In this document: positions 1 through 9,644 of the stretch, piece after piece
Numbering within the stretch: the stretch's first letter is position 1
Layout of the letters: each line of letters begins with the position of its first letter
Origin: a virus
DNA: 64,000 nucleotides
IMG/VR virus record: IMGVR_UViG_3300022895_000010
Strand: one strand, 5' to 3'
Program-made: the position numbers and the translations under genes
Notes under the pieces: model-generated
The model's input: only the letters and a program-made list of their open reading frames with translations
What the model was told of the DNA's origin: nothing
The model's database searches: none

Positions 1-24
1 AATATTACAGAAACAGTAGAAAAG

Positions 25-525
25 ATGATTCCTGATAGAGATATTCAACTTTCTTATAAATATCTGCCAGATTTAAATAAAAGACTAGAATATCAGAATA
101 ATGTATTTATCTATTTAAGAGAAAGAATGACTAATTTAGAAGCAGATAATGCAAGAGTTAAAGCTGAATTAGATATTAGTGAAGCAGATTTAAATCGCCT
201 TAAAGGAATTATAGATTCAAATGCATCCCTATTAAGCGATTTAGAGAATAAAATGAATAACCTAGAAACAGGTTTAACTAATACTAATAATCTTATCTCA
301 AGTATTAGAACTTCGTTCCAAGGAGTTAGAGATAAAGCAATTCAAAAGATTTATGATTTATATGAAAATGGAAGTATTCTTGCAAGAAATATGCATTATG
401 AGTACCTTTTAGAAGAAGTCATCTTGACTAAAGTCACTAGAGAACAATTCAATCAATTCAAGACAGATGAGATGAACAAATATAATGCATTCAAGAAAAA
501 GATTGATGACTTCCATAATAGTTAA
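25..525 (+). CDS. Coiled-coil virion/tail fibre-associated protein (probably 5'-truncated by the window edge)
   Basis: Heptad-rich sequence; the frame appears open to the window edge; adjacent to similar coiled-coil genes. Confidence 0.4.
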   Translation: MIPDRDIQLSYKYLPDLNKRLEYQNNVFIYLRERMTNLEADNARVKAELDISEADLNRLKGIIDSNASLLSDLENKMNNLETGLTNTNNLISSIRTSFQGVRDKAIQKIYDLYENGSILARNMHYEYLLEEVILTKVTREQFNQFKTDEMNKYNAFKKKIDDFHNS

Positions 526-528
526 TAA

Positions 529-558
529 TAAACCGTTAATAAGAATATTAACGGTTTA
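529..558. terminator. Hairpin, probable intrinsic terminator or processing site
   Basis: TAAACCGTTAATA / TATTAACGGTTTA perfect inverted repeat between genes. Confidence 0.55.
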
Positions 559-583
559 AATTTTATTAAAAGAAGGTGGATTT

Positions 584-1237
584 ATGTTTCGTGTTTCACT
601 TGTACCTTTATTAGAAGAAAATTCAAATAATATTGAAGATGGTGAAATAACTGTTAACCGAATAACAGGTCATCTATCAATTAAAAATAATGGTGAATTT
701 GTAAGTAAAACTAAGGAACTTGAAGGAAGATCAATAATATTAGGTGAGGATATTAAATATCTTAGTCCTGAATATAAAGATCTTAAAAAAAGAACCGATG
801 ATGCAAAAGCAGAAGCAATTAAAATTGATGCTAGACTAGATGCAATTGAAACCGTTATAGCTGGTTTAGAGCAAAGAGAAGTAAGTTTAAAAGCATTAAT
901 AACACAGTTAGAGAATTCTAATGAAAGTCATTATCAAAGAACTGATAGTCTTTATGGTCGGCATGATAAGACTTCTGTAGATATATTTAAAAATTCTCCA
1001 CCTATTATTGACTTAGAAAGACAATTTGATGAATTCAAATACTTCAAAGGTGAAATAGATAGTTGGTTTTCACATATTGAGACTAGAAGAAATGGTGATT
1101 TAGCTACTTACCATACAAAAAATAGAAATGAACTAAATAGACGTGTTTATAAGCAGGAATTTATTGATTATAAGAATTATATAGAAGGTCTTTATTCTGC
1201 ATTAGGTGCGAGTTATACAGTTCAAGGTTTCGAATAA
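584..1237 (+). CDS. Putative tail fibre/collar protein
   Basis: N-terminal EDGEITVNRITGHLSIKNNG resembles fibre attachment modules, followed by coiled coil; SD AGAAGGTGG. Confidence 0.45.
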   Translation: MFRVSLVPLLEENSNNIEDGEITVNRITGHLSIKNNGEFVSKTKELEGRSIILGEDIKYLSPEYKDLKKRTDDAKAEAIKIDARLDAIETVIAGLEQREVSLKALITQLENSNESHYQRTDSLYGRHDKTSVDIFKNSPPIIDLERQFDEFKYFKGEIDSWFSHIETRRNGDLATYHTKNRNELNRRVYKQEFIDYKNYIEGLYSALGASYTVQGFE

Positions 1238-1256
1238 ACAGGGAGGTTGTTCATAT

Positions 1257-2357
1257 ATGCGACATATTTATAAACCTATGGATATTAATGAATATGACGA
1301 GTTATTCCGAAAACGTTCGGTTTACCCTGAATCTGGGGAAATTGTGATAGACAGAGCGAAGAATAACTTCTGCGTTATTGATGATTACGGTATTCCAATT
1401 TTCAATACTTCATATTTACAAGAAATGATTGCTAAACATAAAGATTCTTCAGAATATTTTGAAATGTTAGCAAATAGAGATAAAGTTAAGATGGATTTAA
1501 TTGAACTTAATTATCGAGTTATAGCTTCTGAACAGAAAGTAATACAGCTTGAAAGAAGAAATGATGATCTTCAAAATGGTTCAGGATTCATTGATCAACA
1601 TCGTATTTATATTGATAGAATTACTAAATTCAATGTAGATAGACTAGGAAGATTAGATATAAAGATCAATGATACTAAGGGTATCATGGATGGATATATC
1701 CAAAGATTAAATAATTTACAAACTGAATTTAACAAAATTAATAGTACTTTAACCAATTCATCTAATGTTCAAGACCAACGAAATCAGTTGCTTAATATTT
1801 GGAATGAAATACAAGCAATGATTGAAGATGCTAAACTTAAATTAAATAAGTTAGGATCAGGTAATGGTTCCATTACAGTAAGTAAACCTGTTACTAGAGA
1901 GGAATACCGAGAAGACTTTGGTTGGTTACGTTGGATGTCAAATAACAAAGACACTTATAATGGTGGTAGTCACCGATTTGATGCCGCTTATCCAAGGATG
2001 CCAGAGGAAAAGGATGAATTCCGAGCAGGTTTAATAACAGATTTAGAATTTATCGGTTTATATCCAATTGATGCTACATGGCATGGAGCTAAGTATAAAG
2101 CTGGTTCGGGATTAAATCCAGATATAGATTCTCCTTATCGTCCTGCAATCGGTCAATATCCAGAACCATTAGATAATAGATGGGCATTGGAATCATGGAC
2201 TGATCGTTCTCAAGATCCTGTTTCAAATCTTACTTACTACCCAGAAGGAGTTCCATCTCAGTCTGGCGTTATAAACTATTGGGGTAGAATGTTCCGTATC
2301 CGCTTTGGTGGTACAACAACTATTACTACAATAGAGTACGAAACAATTTATACATGA
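1257..2357 (+). CDS. Putative tail fibre / receptor-binding protein
   Basis: Start reassigned to ATG 1257 after SD GGGAGG; shares a GEIxxxR N-terminal motif with 584..1237; coiled-coil shaft, then a W/G/P-rich globular C-terminus. Confidence 0.45.
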   Translation: MRHIYKPMDINEYDELFRKRSVYPESGEIVIDRAKNNFCVIDDYGIPIFNTSYLQEMIAKHKDSSEYFEMLANRDKVKMDLIELNYRVIASEQKVIQLERRNDDLQNGSGFIDQHRIYIDRITKFNVDRLGRLDIKINDTKGIMDGYIQRLNNLQTEFNKINSTLTNSSNVQDQRNQLLNIWNEIQAMIEDAKLKLNKLGSGNGSITVSKPVTREEYREDFGWLRWMSNNKDTYNGGSHRFDAAYPRMPEEKDEFRAGLITDLEFIGLYPIDATWHGAKYKAGSGLNPDIDSPYRPAIGQYPEPLDNRWALESWTDRSQDPVSNLTYYPEGVPSQSGVINYWGRMFRIRFGGTTTITTIEYETIYT

Positions 2358-2372
2358 TTGAGGGTGTATTAA

Positions 2373-3614
2373 ATGACTGTAAATGTTAAATTAGTTGAAA
2401 GTGGATTACAACCAACATCAAATGCTCCACTAGTTAAAGGTAATCGTCCTTTAACTGTTATAGTAATGGATTCACGTATAAAGAAAGCTTCAATTTATGA
2501 TGTAGACAAAATGCATCGTAATAATGGTATCACTATGTTTGCATATCATTTTTATATAACTAAAGAGGGTATCATATATGTAGGTAGACCAGAAAATACT
2601 TATGGCAATGTAGTAGAGAATAGTACAATGCATAATCTAGATAGAAATAAGATAATGATATGTCTTGAAGGATACTTTAGTGATGAGAAACCAACTCAAG
2701 CACAAAAGATGTCATTAAAAATGTTAAATCGCTATTTAATTTCTATGTACCCGAATATTCATCATATCTATACATTAGACGAACTATTACCAGAAACTAA
2801 TAATCCTGGAATACTATTTCCTGCAAATGAAATGCGTAGTGAAGCATTTGATACTATGCAACCATTATTTGTAGATACTCCTTGTGGAATCCGTTCATAT
2901 TCATATGGTTTAAGAGATTTAAGATATAATCCAGATGCTATTATGGGTGGAAATGATATTGAAGTTTATCAATATTATCTAACTGCTATTGGTTATAAGA
3001 TAGATATTAAGAATGGTTATTTTGATATCTATACTGAATTAGCTACTAAAGATTTCCAAAAGAATTCAGGTTTAAAGATAACTGGTGTAGCTACTAAAGA
3101 AGTATTTGATAAAGTAAATGAAGTATATGACAAAATGTTTACTAAAGTAGATCCTAAGAGATTTAGAAGAATATTAAAGTTTATGAATCCTCCGATGGAA
3201 GGAGAAGATATTGGTTTCATTAAGCAAAAGTTAAATGAGACAAACTTTAATATTGAAAAGTTAGATAAAGTCTTTGATGATAATCTAAGAACTGAAGTTA
3301 CTAGATTCCAAACCGCTAAAGGAATGGCTATTGACGGTATAATCGGTCCTCTAACATTCCATGCTATTAAGAGCTTTAAAACAGTTACATTTACTAGACT
3401 TCTTAAGTATACTGTTCCTCCGATGGAAGGAGAAGATATAAAAGAAATTCAATTAAATCTAGCTAAATTAAATCTATATAAGAACACTATTAATGGTATA
3501 TTTGATATCAACACTAAGATAGCAGTAGCAAACTTCCAAGCTACTAAATTCATTAAAGTTACAGGCGAAGTAGATGAGACTACTTTCAACCTAATAATGA
3601 ATAGGGTAATATAA
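2373..3614 (+). CDS. N-acetylmuramoyl-L-alanine amidase-like endolysin with three PG-binding repeats
   Basis: AYHFYITKEGIIYVGRP, ICLEG..PT.AQ..SL and NPG resemble the Amidase_2/T7 lysozyme fold; three M.G.DI...FQ...G..DG/TG PG_binding_1 repeats. Confidence 0.8.
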   Translation: MTVNVKLVESGLQPTSNAPLVKGNRPLTVIVMDSRIKKASIYDVDKMHRNNGITMFAYHFYITKEGIIYVGRPENTYGNVVENSTMHNLDRNKIMICLEGYFSDEKPTQAQKMSLKMLNRYLISMYPNIHHIYTLDELLPETNNPGILFPANEMRSEAFDTMQPLFVDTPCGIRSYSYGLRDLRYNPDAIMGGNDIEVYQYYLTAIGYKIDIKNGYFDIYTELATKDFQKNSGLKITGVATKEVFDKVNEVYDKMFTKVDPKRFRRILKFMNPPMEGEDIGFIKQKLNETNFNIEKLDKVFDDNLRTEVTRFQTAKGMAIDGIIGPLTFHAIKSFKTVTFTRLLKYTVPPMEGEDIKEIQLNLAKLNLYKNTINGIFDINTKIAVANFQATKFIKVTGEVDETTFNLIMNRVI

Positions 3615-3673
3615 TTAATATAAGAAACTTGTCTATTAAAGATGAGTTTCTTATATTTTTATAAAAACTTTTT

Positions 3674-3686
3674 AAGTATATATTAT
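3674..3686 (+). promoter_or_regulatory. Putative early promoter (AAGTATATATTAT)
   Basis: Member of an 11-copy intergenic motif; heads the operon containing the catalytic beta' subunit. Confidence 0.6.
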
Positions 3687-3809
3687 AATAAAGACTGTTT
3701 TAGTTTTTAATAAAAAATTAATTGTTTAACATAAAAAATGATAGGAGGAATGAAAATTTCTTTTTAGGGGATAATATATTATATAATTTAGGAGGATATA
3801 GTATATAAT

Positions 3810-4064
3810 ATGATTATAAATATTGATAATGAAACATTAATTAATTATGTAAATGTAATTCCTAAAAAAGAAATATTCTTAGTATATGTTATATACACGA
3901 ATGATAAAGGTATTACAATAACTGAAGAGTTAAACCAAACATTTGACAATGAAAAAGCAGTAAATGATTTTATTCAATATTTAAAGACTCATTACAGTCA
4001 TTATTTTTTAGATATTTATACCGAAAGTAAAATAATATTAAGTGATTGGAATTATAGTTTATAG
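3810..4064 (+). CDS. Hypothetical protein
   Basis: 84-aa ORF with SD AGGAGG. Confidence 0.6.
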   Translation: MIINIDNETLINYVNVIPKKEIFLVYVIYTNDKGITITEELNQTFDNEKAVNDFIQYLKTHYSHYFLDIYTESKIILSDWNYSL

Positions 4065-4077
4065 GGGGAAGTTTTAT

Positions 4078-5394
4078 ATGCGTATTAAACCAATAGATTT
4101 TAATAAAATCTTTGATCCAAACATGGTTATCACATCAACAGATGCAGTAAATAAAGATAATGAATTTACTGATGAAGGTATTTATTCTGAGAAAATATTT
4201 GGTAGTTATCAGGATAATGATAGTATAGATAAGATTGGTTGGATTGATCTTGGACCGAATAACCATATCATTAGACCAATTGCATTTGATGCTCTTAAGA
4301 GATTATTCTTGAATAAATTAGATAAAGTTATTTCATTCAATAAAACTATCAATAAAGATGGTGAAATTGAAGATGTTACTGAATTACTAGAAGAAATTAA
4401 TATAGAAGAAGAACCGCATGTTTATACAGGTCTAGTAGAGTTTAGAGAGAATTTTGATCAAATCTTAAAAGATTATATTGATGAAGACAAACTTAAAACA
4501 AATGATAATTATAAAAATGATTATGAATTTGTTAAATACTGGCATAGTAAAGGATTATTATTCATTAACAAGATTCCAGTATTCTCATCTAAACTTAGAC
4601 CTGCTATGATGGTTGGTAAGACTTTAGTATTAGATGAAATTAATAATCACTTCAACTTTATTATTGAGTATTCAAACGAACTTAAAGATACAATTGAAGA
4701 TGGAACGGATTTAGATGATATTAAGATTCTTAAACTTCCATTACTATATCAGATTCAATTATATGCAAACCAAGTAATGAAGACAATTATTAATGAGATT
4801 CTTAAGGGTAAGAAAGGTATCTTCCGTAAGATTATCTATGGAACACGTATTAATTTCTCTGCTCGTAACGTTATTAGTCCTATGACAGATGATGGTATGA
4901 ATAATGTTCACTTACCATATAGAACATTCTTAGAACTATATAAGTTCCCATTAATCAATATTGTTTCAACAGTTAAGAATATTAACTACAATGAAGCACA
5001 TAAGTTCTTTAGAAAAGCATCTAGAAAGTTCTGTCCTGAAATGTATAAGTACATGAATGAACTTATGAATAAAACTAAAGGCGGTTTACATATTCTATTA
5101 AACCGAAACCCTACAATCAATATTGGTAGTATCTTGATGTTAGAAATAACTAAGATTAAACCAAATTATGATGATCTTACATTATCTGTATCCAATAACA
5201 TTTTAGCAGCTTTAGGTGGAGACTATGATGGTGACGTTCTTAATATTGTACCATTATTTACTGAATATCTTAAAGAGACATTTAGTTTATTAAGACCAGA
5301 GAACTTAATTATCAGTAAGAATGATGGAACGTTTAATAGAGATTTTGGTTTAGATAAGGACCAAAAGTTAGGTATACACATTTTAAATAACTAA
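4078..5394 (+). CDS. Phage multisubunit RNA polymerase beta' subunit, N-terminal catalytic half (probably the non-virion RNAP)
   Basis: GIYSEKIFG, LRP, KGKKGIFRK..G.RINFSARNVI, LLNRNPT and the catalytic GGDYDGD; start reassigned to ATG 4078. Confidence 0.92.
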   Translation: MRIKPIDFNKIFDPNMVITSTDAVNKDNEFTDEGIYSEKIFGSYQDNDSIDKIGWIDLGPNNHIIRPIAFDALKRLFLNKLDKVISFNKTINKDGEIEDVTELLEEINIEEEPHVYTGLVEFRENFDQILKDYIDEDKLKTNDNYKNDYEFVKYWHSKGLLFINKIPVFSSKLRPAMMVGKTLVLDEINNHFNFIIEYSNELKDTIEDGTDLDDIKILKLPLLYQIQLYANQVMKTIINEILKGKKGIFRKIIYGTRINFSARNVISPMTDDGMNNVHLPYRTFLELYKFPLINIVSTVKNINYNEAHKFFRKASRKFCPEMYKYMNELMNKTKGGLHILLNRNPTINIGSILMLEITKIKPNYDDLTLSVSNNILAALGGDYDGDVLNIVPLFTEYLKETFSLLRPENLIISKNDGTFNRDFGLDKDQKLGIHILNN

Positions 5395-5398
5395 TAAT

Positions 5399-5436
5399 AA
5401 GGTAGATTTGGATTAATTTCTGAATCTACCTTTTTT
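5399..5436 (+). terminator. Intrinsic terminator
   Basis: AAGGTAGATT / AATCTACCTT stem followed by a T-tract. Confidence 0.65.
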
Positions 5437-5441
5437 ATGAG

Positions 5442-6215
5442 GTGAAAACAATGCTAGAAAATACAAAGGTAAAAGTTGCTTTTCTTCAATCTGATTATAG
5501 TATGTCTGATTTAGAAAAGGATGAATGGGTTAACAAATGTAGGAGATTAGGATTATGCGATATATACAATCTTCCTAATTATTTTAGCGGTAGATTAACT
5601 GTTGCTATTTCAAGTGACAAACAATTAGATTGGATGTCAATTGAATCATTATTACTTGATTTAGGTAAACTCTATGATATTATAAGAGATAATCCAAATA
5701 GAATAACAATTTCGGAATTTGATATGGATATGTCTTCTAATTTTCCTAGATTTATTAATATTATAAGATATGATACTGAAACAGATTCTCATACAGCATA
5801 TTGTTATGGTAGTTCGGAAATTAAAATTATTGCAATGAACACTGGAGCAATAGATGAATTAATTGGTGATATAGAACGGATTAATATATTATCACTTAAT
5901 CTTGATGTCAATAATAAAATGCATCTCAATGAAAGTGTATATAGTATTATTGATGAAGATAAAACGTTTTATTACTATATGAATGAAATCGATCAACAAG
6001 TTAAAGTATATAAAGAAGATTTAAGAATAGTTAAAACTAAATTTAATGAATCAAATAGTCAGATACACTTTGAATTAATATTTACAAATGATGTAGGAGA
6101 ATTCTCTAAAGATATGAGGGATTTATTACTAAGTCATATGAGAGAATATATTGAAGGAAAATTCAACCAAATAAACATGCTAAAGAATGAATTTAAAAGA
6201 ATAAAGGTGAGTTAA
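5442..6215 (+). CDS. Hypothetical protein, paralog of 6217..6963
   Basis: Shared KV....W..KC..LG N-terminal motif. Confidence 0.6.
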   Translation: MKTMLENTKVKVAFLQSDYSMSDLEKDEWVNKCRRLGLCDIYNLPNYFSGRLTVAISSDKQLDWMSIESLLLDLGKLYDIIRDNPNRITISEFDMDMSSNFPRFINIIRYDTETDSHTAYCYGSSEIKIIAMNTGAIDELIGDIERINILSLNLDVNNKMHLNESVYSIIDEDKTFYYYMNEIDQQVKVYKEDLRIVKTKFNESNSQIHFELIFTNDVGEFSKDMRDLLLSHMREYIEGKFNQINMLKNEFKRIKVS

Positions 6216-6216
6216 T

Positions 6217-6963
6217 ATGATAAAGGTATCAATGATAAATGTAGAACTTACGAGTCAAGAAAAAGAAAATAATTGGCGTGAAAAATGTATTCAATTAGGT
6301 TTTAATAGGTTTTATGAAGATGATTTATATTTAATAGGCACTGATAGAGAATTAAATTTTCATGATCAAAACGAAATATTTGATACACTTATCCCTTGTT
6401 TTAGTATGTTAAATCATTATGATGATAGAGATGAATTTGATACTAAATTCCTTATGGATCAATACGGATTATGGTATGTTCAAATGGTTAAAAGAACCGA
6501 AGATGGCGCAATTGTTACATTAGAAGGAGATGATGAAGATATTCAAGTTATATCAACTGAATTTGAATATAATTATATTCCTGAAACTAAGATAAATCCT
6601 TTTTCAATTCCAACTCCAAAAGAAGAAGGTTTAGGTAAATTATATAAATATGGAATATTCCTTGGGACTGATGGTAAAGTAAACGTAATTGAAGATTCAT
6701 TTATTATAAAAAGAATTACAGATAAAAGCATCATTGTATATCCAAATAAATTAAATATAAGTAGAATTAAAATAGATAATTTAAATGAAGTTAATTTTAG
6801 AAGTGAAAGGTCAAATGATAAGAATTTCTATACGTTTTATTTAAAGAATGAAGAAACTGATATAGATAAAATAAAAAATAATTTAAAAAACAGAGTAGTA
6901 AGTTATGTTAAGGAAGGTTCTAGACTTTCAGAAACATGGGATAAAAAATTAGAATTATTGTAA
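6217..6963 (+). CDS. Hypothetical two-domain protein
   Basis: N-terminus resembles 5442..6215; C-terminus resembles the two downstream ORFs. Confidence 0.6.
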   Translation: MIKVSMINVELTSQEKENNWREKCIQLGFNRFYEDDLYLIGTDRELNFHDQNEIFDTLIPCFSMLNHYDDRDEFDTKFLMDQYGLWYVQMVKRTEDGAIVTLEGDDEDIQVISTEFEYNYIPETKINPFSIPTPKEEGLGKLYKYGIFLGTDGKVNVIEDSFIIKRITDKSIIVYPNKLNISRIKIDNLNEVNFRSERSNDKNFYTFYLKNEETDIDKIKNNLKNRVVSYVKEGSRLSETWDKKLELL

Positions 6964-6978
6964 TTGGAGGAGATTTTT

Positions 6979-7368
6979 ATGAGCAATAAATTAGTTTGCA
7001 TTAAGATTACAGCAGAATTAAAAACTGTTGATGGGGAACGTAAGTATGTATCTAACTTCGAACAAGCTGAAGCAGATATTTTAAAGAATACCGATAGAAC
7101 TTTAAAAATAATGGCTTCAGGTAATCGTTGGGTATTTGATTCTAGAACTGTAATTAATAAAACTGAATTGAATCAAATTGTTAAATCAAGCTTCTACGTT
7201 TTAAGTCTTAGAATGTGGTTTATTAAAGGTGAGAAAGATATTGAAGAAGCTAAGAAATTATTGAGACAAGAGTATGAAAAAGAAGTACTTAAAGAATACA
7301 ATAAAATATTAAGCATTAAAGAAACATTTGAGAACGGTGACTGGACAGGAGATGATTCTGTTGAGTAA
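6979..7368 (+). CDS. Hypothetical protein, tandem paralog
   Basis: Clear similarity to the next ORF (ILK.TD.T, F.SR..INK.ELNQ, WFI.GE.DI, KE.FE.GDW.G); start at ATG 6979 after GGAGGAG. Confidence 0.7.
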   Translation: MSNKLVCIKITAELKTVDGERKYVSNFEQAEADILKNTDRTLKIMASGNRWVFDSRTVINKTELNQIVKSSFYVLSLRMWFIKGEKDIEEAKKLLRQEYEKEVLKEYNKILSIKETFENGDWTGDDSVE

Positions 7369-7744
7369 GAAATTAATTGGTGTTAGTATCAAAGCAGTAA
7401 GTAAACGTGGAGATGACGGTAAATTAAAATACGTAACAGCTTTCAGACAGGGTGAATCAGAAATCCTAAAAGAAACTGATAAGACAATTTCAATAGGTGG
7501 TAAAGATCGTTTTATATTTAATTCTAGAGTACTAATCAATAAGAGAGAATTAAATCAACTGCAGAGATACGACTTTGGTGAAATGACTTATTATGTATGG
7601 TTTATTGAAGGTGAACGAGATATTAAAATCGTTAAAGATGAATTGAAACGTAGATATGAAGAGGATTTAGAAAAGTTATGGTCTAAAGCCAGAGGTCTAA
7701 AAGAATCATTTGAAACTGGAGATTGGAGTGGTAGAGATGAATAA
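7361..7744 (+). CDS. Hypothetical protein, tandem paralog
   Basis: Paralog of 6979..7368; TTG start at 7361 inferred from alignment (MSKKL vs MSNKL) and upstream AGGAG. Confidence 0.65.
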   Translation: MSKKLIGVSIKAVSKRGDDGKLKYVTAFRQGESEILKETDKTISIGGKDRFIFNSRVLINKRELNQLQRYDFGEMTYYVWFIEGERDIKIVKDELKRRYEEDLEKLWSKARGLKESFETGDWSGRDE

Positions 7745-8573
7745 AGTTTTCTTTGATATTAAATTTACTGGATTACATTTAGATGCACAACCAATTTCAA
7801 TTGGATTAGTTGACCATCAAAATAAACGTTCATTCTATGCAGAATTTATTGATTTTGATAAAACATTAATTGATGCTTGGACTGAAGATAATATTGTAGG
7901 TAATTTAAAATTCAAAAATCATGCTTTCCTTAAAGAAATTACTAAGACTCATACATTTAGTTTAAGTGAAACAATTACAACAACGTATATGAAAGACAAT
8001 AAAGAAAATATCTCAAATGAATTAAATCGTTGGTTAGATTATTATAAAGATTTAGAAGAATCTGATGTACAATTCGTTTCAGATTGTTCTCATTATGATT
8101 TTGCTTTATTAATTGATTTAATTTGCGGTAATGCTCTTAAACTACCATCTTATATCACACCAGTATGTGATGATATTAATACTTTAATTGCAGACTATTA
8201 CGATGTAAGTTTAGCTACTGCATTTGATTATAGACGTAATAATATTATTATACGTTTTGTAGTGGATGGTTTTACTAATATGATGACTGCAGGATCTTTA
8301 AGCGGTTCTAAAGCTAATGAAAAAGCATTAATTAATTTCTATATTTACAATCTATTATCAAGAAATAGTATTTATTTTAATACTATTGAAATTATGGAAC
8401 CTACTAGAGCAGTTGTAGCTCGTCATCATCGTTTAGTATTAATTAAAGAAATTGATACAGATAAGTTCTCAATTGGTCATGCTGATATTAATGGTATTTA
8501 TAGTACTGAATTAACATTTGATACTATGGATGAAGCGGCTAAAGAATTTCAAGAAAGAAAAAAATTCATGTAA
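7737..8573 (+). CDS. DEDD-family 3'-5' exonuclease-like protein (Rv2179c/DUF5051 type), possibly inactive
   Basis: VFFDIKFTGLH...ISIGLV...FYAEF.DF, W...N, SDCSHYD; start reassigned to ATG 7737. Confidence 0.7.
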   Translation: MNKVFFDIKFTGLHLDAQPISIGLVDHQNKRSFYAEFIDFDKTLIDAWTEDNIVGNLKFKNHAFLKEITKTHTFSLSETITTTYMKDNKENISNELNRWLDYYKDLEESDVQFVSDCSHYDFALLIDLICGNALKLPSYITPVCDDINTLIADYYDVSLATAFDYRRNNIIIRFVVDGFTNMMTAGSLSGSKANEKALINFYIYNLLSRNSIYFNTIEIMEPTRAVVARHHRLVLIKEIDTDKFSIGHADINGIYSTELTFDTMDEAAKEFQERKKFM

Positions 8574-8587
8574 GGGGTGCTTTAGGG

Positions 8588-8836
8588 ATGGAAATTTCTA
8601 TGGAGAAAATTAAAAGAGTAGTAGATGAGTTTAATAGTAGTAAAAATGTTTCAATTGTTACTAAACATACAGAGATTAGAAACATTGTTGTAAATGCATT
8701 TAAAGTAAACGCTATGTATGTGAGTGTTGATCCATCATTAAATACAGATATTGATTTAGAATATAATTACAACACAGAGTTCATTAATGATATGAACATG
8801 CATCAAGACGGTGGAGGTGCTAATATTCAATGTTAG
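8588..8836 (+). CDS. Hypothetical protein (antitoxin position)
   Basis: 82-aa ORF with an acidic C-terminus overlapping the MazF-like start. Confidence 0.5.
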   Translation: MEISMEKIKRVVDEFNSSKNVSIVTKHTEIRNIVVNAFKVNAMYVSVDPSLNTDIDLEYNYNTEFINDMNMHQDGGGANIQC

Positions 8837-9195
8837 GAAGTCTATTAAGGGGAGATATTTGTGATGTAGAATTTACTAATCAAGACAAAGAATCTCACAT
8901 TCAAAACGGTAAAAGACCTTGTATTATTATCAGTAATAATAAAAATAATCTATTCAGTCCAGTAGTAACAGTTATTCCCTTAACGACTTCTAAGAGTAAG
9001 AGCCAAATACCTACACACGTTCTTATTAAGAAAAATAAAGACAATAGATTATTAGATCACTCAACAGCACTTTGCGAATCAGTTTGTCCAGTAGAAAAGA
9101 AATATGTTAGCACATACAGTATTGGTAAATTAGATGCGAGTACAATGAGACAGATAGAAAAAGCAATAAATATTCATCTAGGAATGACAGGATAA
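8830..9195 (+). CDS. MazF/PemK-family endoribonuclease
   Basis: RGDI, Q.GKRPCIIISN, VTVIPLTT, PTHV.I, L...S.ALCE, IGKL, M.QIEKAI..HLG. Confidence 0.9.
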   Translation: MLGSLLRGDICDVEFTNQDKESHIQNGKRPCIIISNNKNNLFSPVVTVIPLTTSKSKSQIPTHVLIKKNKDNRLLDHSTALCESVCPVEKKYVSTYSIGKLDASTMRQIEKAINIHLGMTG

Positions 9196-9289
9196 AGGAA
9201 TCTCTTTTTAGAGGTTTCTTTATCTTTAAATATAAAAAATGTCATTAAACATAAAAGTAATTTTATTTACACTAGGAGGAGAAATTTTT

Positions 9290-9562
9290 ATGCAACAACA
9301 AACAGGGTTACAGGATCTAGAAAGAGTAATACAGTCAGCTTATAACGAGAATCATGAATACATGGCTGTATTAATAAGTCTTCCAGGACAGGAAGAACCA
9401 GAACTTATTACCAATAAAATTGGTAGTATGAAATCTAAGTTAAAATATTATAAGGACAATTATAATGATGACTTAACACTGAAGCATAATCCAAATGTTA
9501 AAATTGTTGGTTATGTAAGTTCTTATAGTCTGGAAGGCTTAGGGATATTACTAGATTTCTAA
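9290..9562 (+). CDS. Conserved phage hypothetical protein
   Basis: PG...PELI.N....K..YY...Y.DDL.LK.N...KIVG pattern typical of Firmicutes phage small proteins; start after GGAGGAG; late motif at 9248-9259. Confidence 0.6.
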   Translation: MQQQTGLQDLERVIQSAYNENHEYMAVLISLPGQEEPELITNKIGSMKSKLKYYKDNYNDDLTLKHNPNVKIVGYVSSYSLEGLGILLDF

Positions 9563-9644
9563 ATGTTATTAGAAGGATATCATCATAACGATGGTATCCT
9601 TTTATTTTTTTTTTTATACTACATAATAAAGGGGATATATAAAG

